A stretch of 64,000 nucleotides of DNA, from positions 1-64,000 of the forward strand of contig JAVZLS010000007.1 in NCBI GenBank assembly GCA_038883715.1, in the 5' to 3' direction. This document shows, one piece after another, positions 28,694-37,128 of the stretch (position 1 is its first letter; each line of letters starts with the position of its first letter). Origin of the DNA: Candidatus Bathyarchaeia archaeon (GTDB lineage: Archaea > Thermoproteota > Bathyarchaeia > Bathyarchaeales > Bathycorpusculaceae). The notes below the pieces were generated by a model, which saw nothing but the letters and a program-made list of their open reading frames with translations, did not search any database and was not told the origin of the DNA. Position numbers and translations under genes: made by a program.

Positions 28694-28957
28694 ATTGGAT
28701 ACATCCGATCTTGATCACTGCGTTTCTATTTTATGTTTCTAGCTTTTATATCTTAAGCAGACTAGGATTGTTAAGTTAACTTAAGTTTATGGGCAAAAAT
28801 GACTGTAATCATAACATGATAGAAAATGCATTTCTATGCAATTTACTGTTCCTATAAAACTTTTACCGGTAAATTTGTGTTGAAATTTCAGCCCCCGCCA
28901 ACAACTCCTTAAATCAGGATTATTTCGCTAAAATACGCTTTTATAGGGCTTTATTTT

Positions 28958-28999
28958 AAGTGCGGGGGGTGGGATTTGAACCCACGAACCCCTACGGGA
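28958..28999. repeat. att site (copy of the tRNA-Leu 3' half)
   Basis: aagtgcggggggtgggatttgaacccacgaacccctacggga. Confidence 0.95.
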
Positions 29000-29895
29000 A
29001 TGTGCTTGGAAGGTTTTTGGCTTTTCTTTTAAGCAGGAGGGTTTTGAAGGCTTCTACGGTTGAGCGGAAGGTTAGAGCTTTGAAAAGTTTGCTTAGGCAT
29101 AATGTTGCTTTAACGCCTGAGGCGGTTGTCAGCTTTTTGAATACGGTTAATTGGAGTTGTGGAACAAAGGATTTGGTGCTTGACGCTTTCAAGGATTATT
29201 TGAGGATGGAAGGGTTAACTGTTGATTTGCCTAGAATTAAGGCGGAGGAGAAGCTTCCGTTTATTCCAAGCGAGGCGGAGCTTGAAGCTTTAATTGCGGT
29301 TTCAAGGGGGAAAACTGCGGCTTTTCTGAGGCTTTTGAAGGAAACGGGGCTTCGCCCCATTGAGGCTTGGCGTTTAAAGTGGAGTGATTTAGACTTTGCC
29401 AATTTAACGGTTACCGTTACGCCTGCCAAGTTTGGGAGGGCGCGGAAGTTGAAGGTTTCAAGGGAAACAATGGATTTTTTAATGAGGCTTCCAAGGGTTA
29501 ACGCTTACGTGTTCAGTTCAAGCGGAAAACCTGAAAAGTTCAACGTTGAGCTTGAACATTTCACGCGGAACTTTCAGAAGGTTAAGAGGCGCTTGGCTGA
29601 GAGAACTGGGAACCCGCATTTCCGCCTTGTAAGCCTTAAAACGTTTAGGCATTGGCGCGCTACAATGGCGTATTTGAAGACGCGTGACATTCTCTATGTG
29701 AAGGAGTTTCTTGGACATAGAAGCCTTTCAAGCACCATGCGTTACGTGCATTTGGCAAACGCTTTAACAAGGGAAACGGGCGAGTGGATTTGTAAAACCG
29801 CCAAGACAGTTGAGGAAGCTAAAAGCCTCATTGAACAGGGTTTTGAATATGTAACGGAAATGGACGGAGTTAAGCTTTTCAGAAAACCCAAGTGA
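28960..29895 (+). CDS. Tyrosine integrase, C-terminal fragment Int(C)
   Basis: TGLRPIE, KTFRHW, LGHRS, TMRY catalytic motifs; frame begins inside the att repeat. Confidence 0.9.
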   Translation: MRGVGFEPTNPYGNVLGRFLAFLLSRRVLKASTVERKVRALKSLLRHNVALTPEAVVSFLNTVNWSCGTKDLVLDAFKDYLRMEGLTVDLPRIKAEEKLPFIPSEAELEALIAVSRGKTAAFLRLLKETGLRPIEAWRLKWSDLDFANLTVTVTPAKFGRARKLKVSRETMDFLMRLPRVNAYVFSSSGKPEKFNVELEHFTRNFQKVKRRLAERTGNPHFRLVSLKTFRHWRATMAYLKTRDILYVKEFLGHRSLSSTMRYVHLANALTRETGEWICKTAKTVEEAKSLIEQGFEYVTEMDGVKLFRKPK

Positions 29896-29905
29896 AGTTA
29901 AACCT

Positions 29906-30460
29906 TTAACCATTTTCTAGGATGCGGGCGGCTTCTTTAAGCAGAACAGCTGAAGCCCTTTTATAGCGTGGATAAAGCTGCATGGCGCCTTCTAAAAATT
30001 CTTGGAATAAGCCGTCATCGTTGGGGATGTTTTCAACGTTTGGCTTAGGCTTTGATTCAGCTTTCAGCTTCCTAGCTATTGTTATATGGTGTGCTTTAAA
30101 CCCTAAATCGCGGATTTTCCGCTCTATCGCCCTGAAGCTTAAGCCTTGAGCCCTCAGGCGTTTTACAAACTCCAAGTTTTCAGCCGTCCATTTGAACGGT
30201 TTAAGTTCAGGTTGAGGTTTTGAATTTGAAGGTGTAGGTGTAGGTTCAACTTTAACGGTTTGGCTTTGATTGTTGCCATCCGCTTTTTTCAGGAAAAAGA
30301 AAAGTTTCCCATTATAACTTTGCTGGAAAATTTTGACGCCTTCCGCTTTAAGCTGGCTTTCCCATTCAGGCTTGAAGGCGTTATGCGGAACAAGAAGGCA
30401 AACACCGAAAACTGTCTGCTCCTCTGGGAAGGATAAGCTTAACTGCTCGTATAAACCCAT
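29906..30460 (-). CDS. HTH-containing element protein
   Basis: RAQGLSFRAIERKI HTH-like segment. Confidence 0.6.
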   Translation of the reverse strand: MGLYEQLSLSFPEEQTVFGVCLLVPHNAFKPEWESQLKAEGVKIFQQSYNGKLFFFLKKADGNNQSQTVKVEPTPTPSNSKPQPELKPFKWTAENLEFVKRLRAQGLSFRAIERKIRDLGFKAHHITIARKLKAESKPKPNVENIPNDDGLFQEFLEGAMQLYPRYKRASAVLLKEAARILENG

Positions 30461-30761
30461 TTTTGCCCAACTGAATTTTAGCCGTGTTTAAACATAAACG
30501 TTTTTCTCTAAAGAAATGAAAATGGTTTAGTCTAGGCTAAACTAACTCTGTTTTTGCTCCTCTGTTGGACATTACTAGCGTATATATTTATATTAATCAA
30601 TTGGAACCCAAAAAGGAGCTTTTTTCTGCCTTCTTTTTGTGTTAAGACTTATTAAGTAAACCTTATATGCCTAACGTTTACTTCACGTTGAATCCATTTA
30701 CTTACTTTTAGTTGCGTATAGTTGTGGTTTAGAGCGTAGTATATAATTAAACGGTAAGCGT

Positions 30762-31037
30762 TTAAAAGCGTTGTTTAAGCTCTTTTCGCAGAACCAAGTC
30801 TGTTATGGGCGTTGATGTGCACCAGCTGCCTTCACCATAACGTTTAAGGCTGATTTGAAGCTTCAAGCGTAATTCTCTTATGGCGGCTATGGTTCTTTCA
30901 AGGGCGAAAACCCTCTGCCAAGAAAGGCTGTTCCTGTTTTGAATGAGGAGCCGGGTGGCTTCCTCTTCCCTCAACTGTAAGCTGTCAATTATTATCGAGA
31001 GTTGAACCTCGCTTAACCTAACGCGCATGGCTTCCAA
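30762..31037 (-). CDS. Hypothetical element protein
   Basis: ORF within the minus-strand operon. Confidence 0.55.
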   Translation of the reverse strand: MEAMRVRLSEVQLSIIIDSLQLREEEATRLLIQNRNSLSWQRVFALERTIAAIRELRLKLQISLKRYGEGSWCTSTPITDLVLRKELKQRF

Positions 31038-31779
31038 CCTCCAACATTTTAACGGCTAAACCTTTCCAGCCTTTCCGCGAATAGGTTAAGGCGGTTCCCA
31101 GATGCTCCCAAGAGAAAAAGTCTAGCAAGTCGTGCAACCCGAAGCCGTAGTCTGCTACAAGCTGGCTTGCCCGCTGCGCCCTGAACCAATGCAGCCACAA
31201 GTGAAGCCTATCCGCTATCCTCTTTCCATCCTTTACAAAAGCCTTGTCTAAGCCTAGCCTATGCCTTAAACCGTCTGGAACAGCCGCGTCTAAGCTTCTT
31301 ATGAGCTTGTAAGCCCAGAAGCGGCTTAAAGGCTTGCCAGCCTTGCGGGGGCTTGGAAATAGAAGCCCTTCACGTGTGGCTTCTAACAGTTGAAGCAGGT
31401 ATGGGACGAGGGGCTCGTTTAAGGGTATGGGGAAGGGTTTGCGGGTTTTCTCTAGGCGTTCGGTTATCCATTTTCGCCTTCCAACAGCCGGCTGCTCCGC
31501 GATTTTCCTATACCGCTTGTAGAGGGGCATTCCGCGGACAATGATTAAACCCTCAGTTTTGCGAACTTCAAAGTTTTCAGCTTTAAGCGCCAAAACCTCG
31601 CTTACACGTCCGCCTGTCAGGAAAAGTGCAGCTATGAAGCCGCGTTCCAGAATCCACGTTTCAGGCATAAGCTCGACAAGCTCGACAAGCGGCTTCCAGC
31701 CAACCCACTCTTCGACAAACTCGGCTACGCTTAGCCTGTGGTAGGGTTTAAGATGCCAAAATCCAGCCTTAGACAACAT
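31018..31779 (-). CDS. Second, compact tyrosine recombinase
   Basis: LTGGRVSEVLAL, HWFR, FSW and ALTY match R-HxxR-(H/W)-Y. Confidence 0.8.
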   Translation of the reverse strand: MLSKAGFWHLKPYHRLSVAEFVEEWVGWKPLVELVELMPETWILERGFIAALFLTGGRVSEVLALKAENFEVRKTEGLIIVRGMPLYKRYRKIAEQPAVGRRKWITERLEKTRKPFPIPLNEPLVPYLLQLLEATREGLLFPSPRKAGKPLSRFWAYKLIRSLDAAVPDGLRHRLGLDKAFVKDGKRIADRLHLWLHWFRAQRASQLVADYGFGLHDLLDFFSWEHLGTALTYSRKGWKGLAVKMLEVGSHAR

Positions 31780-31948
31780 AAGCCTTCCATCCTTTACGCT
31801 TGTGGATTAGCCTTTGAAGCTTCAAACGCCTCTTAAACTCAGCCAACTCGAGGCGTTCACGCTCCAAAGTTAAAAGTTCAAGCTTTCCTTCCAGAAGCTT
31901 GCTTAACATGAAGGCTTCAAGCTTTTTCCTTGTCTTTTTTTCGCTCAT
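31769..31948 (-). CDS. 59-aa basic coiled-coil protein
   Basis: MSEKKTRKKLEAFML...; overlaps its neighbours in the operon. Confidence 0.45.
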   Translation of the reverse strand: MSEKKTRKKLEAFMLSKLLEGKLELLTLERERLELAEFKRRLKLQRLIHKRKGWKAYVV

Positions 31949-32057
31949 ACGCTTTCCTCTCCAGCCAACTTAACAGCCAAACAAGTTTAGGGTAAAACCA
32001 CAACCCAAGCAGGAAGCCGCTAATCAAGCCTAAAACCATGATTGAAATTTCACGCAT
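31917..32057 (-). CDS. 46-aa single-TM protein
   Basis: MREISIMVLGLISGFLLGLWFYPKLVWLLSWLERK... Confidence 0.45.
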   Translation of the reverse strand: MREISIMVLGLISGFLLGLWFYPKLVWLLSWLERKAYERKKDKEKA

Positions 32058-32319
32058 TAAAACTTCCTCCCCTCTTCAACTTGTATTTTTGGAGAACCTT
32101 TTCAAGGGGGATTCCGCTGTAAACGTCTATAATTGCCTTCAAAAGCATGGCGCGTCCCTCTTTGCCTTGACTTATCGGATAATTCGAGTCTTCCGACTCA
32201 AAAAACACTTGTAAAAGGCGAAGTAAATCTTCAACCGAGAACACTTCGCCATAACTATACACTTTAACAAGCTTGTCGTTTCCGCTTTTCCTTCCCCTAA
32301 CAAGTTCAAAGTAAACCAT
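32050..32319 (-). CDS. Hypothetical element protein
   Basis: Abuts its neighbours in the operon. Confidence 0.6.
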   Translation of the reverse strand: MVYFELVRGRKSGNDKLVKVYSYGEVFSVEDLLRLLQVFFESEDSNYPISQGKEGRAMLLKAIIDVYSGIPLEKVLQKYKLKRGGSFNA

Positions 32320-32646
32320 TTAGGCTTTCACCCGAGATTTAGGCTTACGCCCCACGGTTGAACCGTTCTTGTAAGTCCAGTAGAACCAGCCGTCACGGGT
32401 TAAACGTCCGCCATGCTCGGCTAAATCCTTCAACATAGCTTTAAACTCAGGGTTGTTGACATCCTCGCTTTTCTCAAACTCTCCTTTCGCGCCCTGAGCC
32501 TTCTCCCATTTAATATTGTCTGGATTCCACTTTTCTGCAACGCCAACCAGCTTGGCGATTTCCCCTTTCAACTGTTTAACCGCCTCTTCCTCCGCATTTA
32601 GGTAGTCTAGAAGCGTTTTAACAAGCCTCTCCAAAGCCTCATCCAT
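32320..32646 (-). CDS. Hypothetical element protein (coiled coil plus small domain)
   Basis: Abuts the primase stop. Confidence 0.65.
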   Translation of the reverse strand: MDEALERLVKTLLDYLNAEEEAVKQLKGEIAKLVGVAEKWNPDNIKWEKAQGAKGEFEKSEDVNNPEFKAMLKDLAEHGGRLTRDGWFYWTYKNGSTVGRKPKSRVKA

Positions 32647-35118
32647 TTAAACCCACCTCCAAACGCCTTGGTAGGTAGAGAAAACTTCGCCTCGTTCAAC
32701 CAGCTGTTTAAGGACGGATTCAGCCTCTTCAGCTTTCAAGCCTTTACGGGTGAACCAAGCGTAAAACTCAACGTTGTTGAAGCTTTCAGGGTAAACCCGC
32801 CTAAACTCGCCAAGAAGCTCGCCAATGCTCAGGCTTGGGTGAACATAGTGAACGTTTTGAACGTCCTTATTATGAGAGCCCCCCTCCCCGTTCTCCGCAA
32901 GTGAAGTTTGTGAAGTTTGTGTAGAAGTGAAGTTTGGTGGGAAAGACTCTTCCAACTCAACAACTCCAAGCCTTTCAGCTAAATCCCTAACAGTTTCAGG
33001 GCTAAGCCTATATTCAACGCCTGTGCCAACGCGCCTTTTATCCATGAAACCAAGGCGTTTCATGGCTCTTCCAACCCATTGAATATTCAGCCATTCAGGT
33101 TTCTCATCGAACTCGCGCACCATCGCGTTTAGAATATCCTTAGTCTTGTAGAAGCCTTCACTCTTCACTAAATCCTTCACTAAAACCTTCACTAGGATAA
33201 GTTCGCCTGCTTCAGTTAAATTTTCAGTTTCCTTTTCCCTAAATTTCTCTTCAAAGAAAGCCATTATTTCCTCAACAAGGTTTTCCTCTGGGACAAACTT
33301 ATGGAAAAACTGAGCAAGCGTTAAAATGGGTTTAGCAAGCTCAGCCTCTCTTCCAGAGGCCTTCCCACCTACCTTCACTTCTTCACTAACTACACAAACT
33401 TCACTAAAACGGGTTAAGTAGAAAATGTAAAGTTTATCCCTTATCGTTTGCCATAAAGCATCATTTTCCTTCGGCTCCCTGTTCATGATGGCTTTACTTC
33501 TTCCCCGTTTCGTAACAATTAGGAAGCCTCTATCCTCTAAAATATCCTCATAGCCGCTTATACTTGCAAGCATTTTAGGCGAGTAAACTTCAAAGCTTTC
33601 GGGAACAAGCCTTTCCTTCCCCGTTTTCTCCGTGCGGTAAACTTTCGCGCCTTTCTTGTAGCCTGAAAGCAGCAGGTTGCGGATTTCCTGAGCCCTCTCC
33701 TTCGTGGAAAACTTTTCCGCCTCATCAAGCAGCAAAGTGCATCTTCCACTTTGAATAAGCCTGAAAATAGCTGAAGTGCTCATGTTATTGCTGAAAATAG
33801 CGTTGAAACAGATTAGGCTTGCAACCGTGAGGATTTTAGTTTTCCCCGACTTTTTAACGCCTTGCAGGAAAACGTAGGGATAAGCGTTAAACAAATGGAA
33901 AAAGTATGTTCCAATACACCATAAGGTTAGAAACTTGTAAACTCGCTCGTCTGGAAACTCAAGGTATGTTAGCCAAGCGTTTTTAACTGAAAAATAGACA
34001 TCTTCAGGGTTCACGGTTTCGCCATTCAAAAAACTTTGAATGCTGCTTAAACTCCAACGGTTTTCAAAATTCACAACTTTATATTCAAGCTTCCATTTTA
34101 ACCCAGCTAAAACTTTAGGATGGCATAAAATTTTACGCCTGTCGCTTGTAATTAGGAAAGGCATTTCCCTTTCGCTGGAGCCTCCCTCTGTTTGAACAAG
34201 GCATGGCAAGCTTACGTTGACATAAGCCGTTCCATCGGCTACGCCAATAGCTGGATGAATCCTTCTGCTTAAACCGTTAAACAACGGCTGAACCTGAATC
34301 TCGCCTAAATCTATAACATCTTTTCTTTCGCCTTCAAGCTGGACGCCAAGGGCTTCAGCCAACTCTTTAAGCGAGTAAACCTTGCAGTCGTGGTAGTCCA
34401 CCGCGTAAAACTTCAACTTGTTAATGGCGAAGGAAGGGTTGTTGTCGGGCGGATGGAAGGGACAATGGCAATAAACGTATTGGCTGCCTTCACCTTTAAC
34501 CTTCAAATATTGTTTAAGGCGGCTGAGCCATTTTTCAAGAACCTCCCTTTCCTCACCCTCCTCTGCTTTAACCCGCCTGTCTTCAACGCCTAAAACTTCA
34601 TAGAAAAGGCTTTCAACGTCCTCGACAACCCTTGGCGGATTATCATTTAACCGCTTGTAGCCCTTGGAGGGCGCCATAACGCAAAGCTTGCCTGTGGCGA
34701 TAAGCTCTAAGGCGTGGGAACCGTGGAACTCGCTTATACTCCGTGAGGGTTTAACGCGGCTCAGGTAAACAAGGTGGATTCCGCCTGAAACCGTCTGCTC
34801 CATCTGGGTTATCGGAAACCTTGATAAAAGGGTTTTACCCTTTGCCTTAGCCTCCTCAGTTACTCCCTTTATATCATAATCTATAACCGTTAGGAACAAA
34901 CCGTCCTTGTTTGGATAACTGCAAACCACGCCAAAACCGTCCGCCCGTTCCCAAGGCTGACTGTTAAACTCCTCTTCGGTTTGACGTTCCCTATGCCATT
35001 TACCCCACTCGACAAAAGCCCGCTTCTCAACCTTCCCACTTTTATCCTCAAAAAAGAGGGCGACAACGTTGAAGCCCATCTGCCAATAACGGGCGGCTTC
35101 AGCCTTCAAATCCGCCAT
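32647..35118 (-). CDS. Prim-Pol primase/polymerase, Zn finger and P-loop ATPase/helicase replication protein
   Basis: IDYD and QTVSGGIHL AEP motifs; CHCPFH Zn finger; GVKKSGKT Walker A; LLLDE Walker B. Confidence 0.85.
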   Translation of the reverse strand: MADLKAEAARYWQMGFNVVALFFEDKSGKVEKRAFVEWGKWHRERQTEEEFNSQPWERADGFGVVCSYPNKDGLFLTVIDYDIKGVTEEAKAKGKTLLSRFPITQMEQTVSGGIHLVYLSRVKPSRSISEFHGSHALELIATGKLCVMAPSKGYKRLNDNPPRVVEDVESLFYEVLGVEDRRVKAEEGEEREVLEKWLSRLKQYLKVKGEGSQYVYCHCPFHPPDNNPSFAINKLKFYAVDYHDCKVYSLKELAEALGVQLEGERKDVIDLGEIQVQPLFNGLSRRIHPAIGVADGTAYVNVSLPCLVQTEGGSSEREMPFLITSDRRKILCHPKVLAGLKWKLEYKVVNFENRWSLSSIQSFLNGETVNPEDVYFSVKNAWLTYLEFPDERVYKFLTLWCIGTYFFHLFNAYPYVFLQGVKKSGKTKILTVASLICFNAIFSNNMSTSAIFRLIQSGRCTLLLDEAEKFSTKERAQEIRNLLLSGYKKGAKVYRTEKTGKERLVPESFEVYSPKMLASISGYEDILEDRGFLIVTKRGRSKAIMNREPKENDALWQTIRDKLYIFYLTRFSEVCVVSEEVKVGGKASGREAELAKPILTLAQFFHKFVPEENLVEEIMAFFEEKFREKETENLTEAGELILVKVLVKDLVKSEGFYKTKDILNAMVREFDEKPEWLNIQWVGRAMKRLGFMDKRRVGTGVEYRLSPETVRDLAERLGVVELEESFPPNFTSTQTSQTSLAENGEGGSHNKDVQNVHYVHPSLSIGELLGEFRRVYPESFNNVEFYAWFTRKGLKAEEAESVLKQLVERGEVFSTYQGVWRWV

Positions 35119-35128
35119 AACTTAAACC

Positions 35129-35572
35129 TCACCTTTTAACACGTTTCAACTTCAAAGGCGGCTTTTCAAACGAAACAACAACCGAACCTTGAGATTCAAG
35201 CCCAAGCTTACCAGCGCATTCCTCTAAAAACCTGTGCAGCCGCTTTAAATCCTCAAAGCTTTGCACGCCATATTTTTTGAAATGTTTCAACTCCGCCCTG
35301 TTATAGGGACATTTAAGGTTTAAACACCATTGGCTGTCATCACATCCATCTTCACCCTTCCATTTTCCGTAAAGCACATCTTTAACAGCAACGAGTTTAA
35401 GCCATTCCTGAGTTATAGGCTCGTTTGGGTTGTAAACCGCTATAAACGCTACGCCCCCGCCATAACCGCAAAAACCCAAAGCTAAAACCCGTTTACGCCC
35501 AATTTTCACCGCGTTGTCAAACCACGTTACAGGAGCCCTCTGTATGCCTAAGCCTTCCAAAACATCACGCAT
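35129..35572 (-). CDS. Hypothetical Cys-containing element protein
   Basis: ORF in the operon; C..C..C.CP cluster. Confidence 0.6.
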   Translation of the reverse strand: MRDVLEGLGIQRAPVTWFDNAVKIGRKRVLALGFCGYGGGVAFIAVYNPNEPITQEWLKLVAVKDVLYGKWKGEDGCDDSQWCLNLKCPYNRAELKHFKKYGVQSFEDLKRLHRFLEECAGKLGLESQGSVVVSFEKPPLKLKRVKR

Positions 35573-35575
35573 ATC

Positions 35576-35830
35576 TCAGCCCCGCTTTAAATCGCCCTTT
35601 TTCCGCCTGCTACCGTTGCCAACGTTGACAAGCCTCAAACAGTAGGGACAAACAATGATGATGTGCTCTGCAGGCTTAGTCTTGAATATTTCTCCCCCGC
35701 TTGAAACTTCAACGGTTTCAGGCAGCTCGGCAAAAACTGTGAACTGTTTGCCGCAACGACAGAAACCGCTTAAATAAAGCCCCGTAAAACTTTTAGCCTC
35801 GTTTATGCTTATTTTTTCATGCCTTAACAT
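35576..35830 (-). CDS. Zn-ribbon protein
   Basis: CRCG and CPYC. Confidence 0.6.
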   Translation of the reverse strand: MLRHEKISINEAKSFTGLYLSGFCRCGKQFTVFAELPETVEVSSGGEIFKTKPAEHIIIVCPYCLRLVNVGNGSRRKKGDLKRG

Positions 35831-35850
35831 TCTTTTCCCCTCGTTTTTGC

Positions 35851-36072
35851 TTAATTCTTGTTAATTTTTTGCGTTAAGTTTAAGCGGTGTTGCAAGTCAG
35901 CTTCGATAACCCTTAAGCTTCCTAGAACATCTTCGTATGATGCGTTTGCTGGAAAAATCAGAACAGCGAGCGCGTTGCTGATAAGTTTCAACTCGCGAGT
36001 GAAAGCTTGTCTAATTTCTTTCGGAAGATATAAGTTTCCGCCTTGTGTTAGTTTTAGTTTGATTTCAACCAT
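35851..36072 (-). CDS. AbrB-like DNA-binding protein
   Basis: LTQGGNLYLPKEIR. Confidence 0.7.
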   Translation of the reverse strand: MVEIKLKLTQGGNLYLPKEIRQAFTRELKLISNALAVLIFPANASYEDVLGSLRVIEADLQHRLNLTQKINKN

Positions 36073-36162
36073 ATTATGTTACACCTCATATAAATTCTAG
36101 AAAAATTTATATATTAAGCTTACCATGGTATACCATAATTAAAACAAAAATGGGTGAACTAA

Positions 36163-36726
36163 ATGGCGTGGAAAACAATTCCCTCTTTACAAAAAGACAT
36201 AATCCTCCTATTAGCCAAGGAGGGCGCTAAAACAAAAAACGAGATTTCAGAAGCCCTTGGAAAAACGTATAAAAACGTTCTTTTTGCTATCAAAAGCCTG
36301 CAAGATAAAGGGTTAATCTCAGAACATGGAACTAAAAATTATCGAACGCAAAAGTTCAAGAAATATTGGCTAACTCGGCTTGGAGTTTTCCAAGCATACG
36401 CCTTAGGCGCTAACCCTACAACCCTAAAAAGCCAATACATCAAACATCAAGGCGATTTAACCCAAGAAGAACTTGAAGCCATAGAAGCCGTCTTTTCGTT
36501 CATGCAACTTTTTGGACGAGAACGTGTAAACCTGTTTATTGAATGCGTGGATTTATCAGCGCCCACACCCAAAATAAAATATTTGCCTGCCAACCTAGCC
36601 AACCCAGAGGAACTTCAAAAAATCCTGAAAACTCTCGCAAAGTATAAGCCCGTCAGGGAAAGGATAAAAGCTTCATGGCAAGAAATCAACAAAATTTTCC
36701 AAGAAACGTTGGGGGTTAAAGCATGA
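36163..36726 (+). CDS. Winged-helix regulator (probable element repressor)
   Basis: TKNEISEALGKTYKNV HTH; YWLTRLG wing; divergent from the replication operon. Confidence 0.75.
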   Translation: MAWKTIPSLQKDIILLLAKEGAKTKNEISEALGKTYKNVLFAIKSLQDKGLISEHGTKNYRTQKFKKYWLTRLGVFQAYALGANPTTLKSQYIKHQGDLTQEELEAIEAVFSFMQLFGRERVNLFIECVDLSAPTPKIKYLPANLANPEELQKILKTLAKYKPVRERIKASWQEINKIFQETLGVKA

Positions 36727-36851
36727 GTGAGGATTATTCTAAAAACTCAGGCTCTGGGGGAGGTATCGGAACCCCCAAAGAGTTCGGGGGTTCCGATAAA
36801 GTGCGGGGGGTGGGATTTGAACCCACGAACCCCTACGGGACAAGGTCCTAA
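36723..36851 (+). CDS. Integrase N-terminal fragment Int(N)
   Basis: MSEDYSKNSGSGGGIGTPKEFGGSDK reads in frame into the att-encoded VRGVGFEPTNPYG; ATGA-coupled to the regulator. Confidence 0.7.
   Translation: MSEDYSKNSGSGGGIGTPKEFGGSDKVRGVGFEPTNPYGTRS
36764..36798. repeat. Perfect 13-bp inverted repeat abutting att (terminator or recombinase site)
   Basis: tatcggaaccccc-N9-gggggttccgata. Confidence 0.8.
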
Positions 36852-36886
36852 GCCTTGCGCCTTTGACCAGGCTTGGCGACCCCCGC
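36802..36886 (-). tRNA. tRNA-Leu(TAG), integration target
   Basis: caagg-cttagga-ccttg anticodon arm; long variable arm. Confidence 0.95.
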
Positions 36887-36991
36887 CCTTCATAGTGCTT
36901 GGACGAATTTCAAGATTATAAATTGTTTGTTTTGTTTGGAGCACGAAATCCTTTAAAACGTTTATGCGTCTATGTTGTGTTGGAGATTAGA

Positions 36992-37084
36992 GCCTCGGTA
37001 GCCTAGCCTGGTGGGGCACCGCCTTGGTAAAGCTATAAAGCTGCAAAGAGGCGGTGGTCGCGGGTTCAAATCCCGCCCGAGGCT
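36992..37084 (+). tRNA. tRNA-Thr(GGT) with 19-nt intron (about 37030-37048)
   Basis: ccgcc-ttggta[intron]a-ggcgg; acceptor stem gcctcgg/ccgaggc. Confidence 0.88.
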
Positions 37085-37128
37085 TTCATTAACTGTTGCC
37101 TTTAAGTGTTTGAGGTTCAGCGTTTAGG

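Larger units (their letters stand above)
28958..36840. mobile_element. Integrated plasmid/virus-like element in tRNA-Leu(TAG), predicted circle 7841 bp
   Basis: Perfect 42-bp direct repeats at 28958-28999 and 36799-36840; contains integrase, primase-helicase and regulators. Confidence 0.92.

Noticed and set aside
36727-36944. ORFs 36727..36921 (+) and 36747..36944 (-)
   Set aside because: Shadow frames over tRNA-Leu; the meaningful frame starts at 36723
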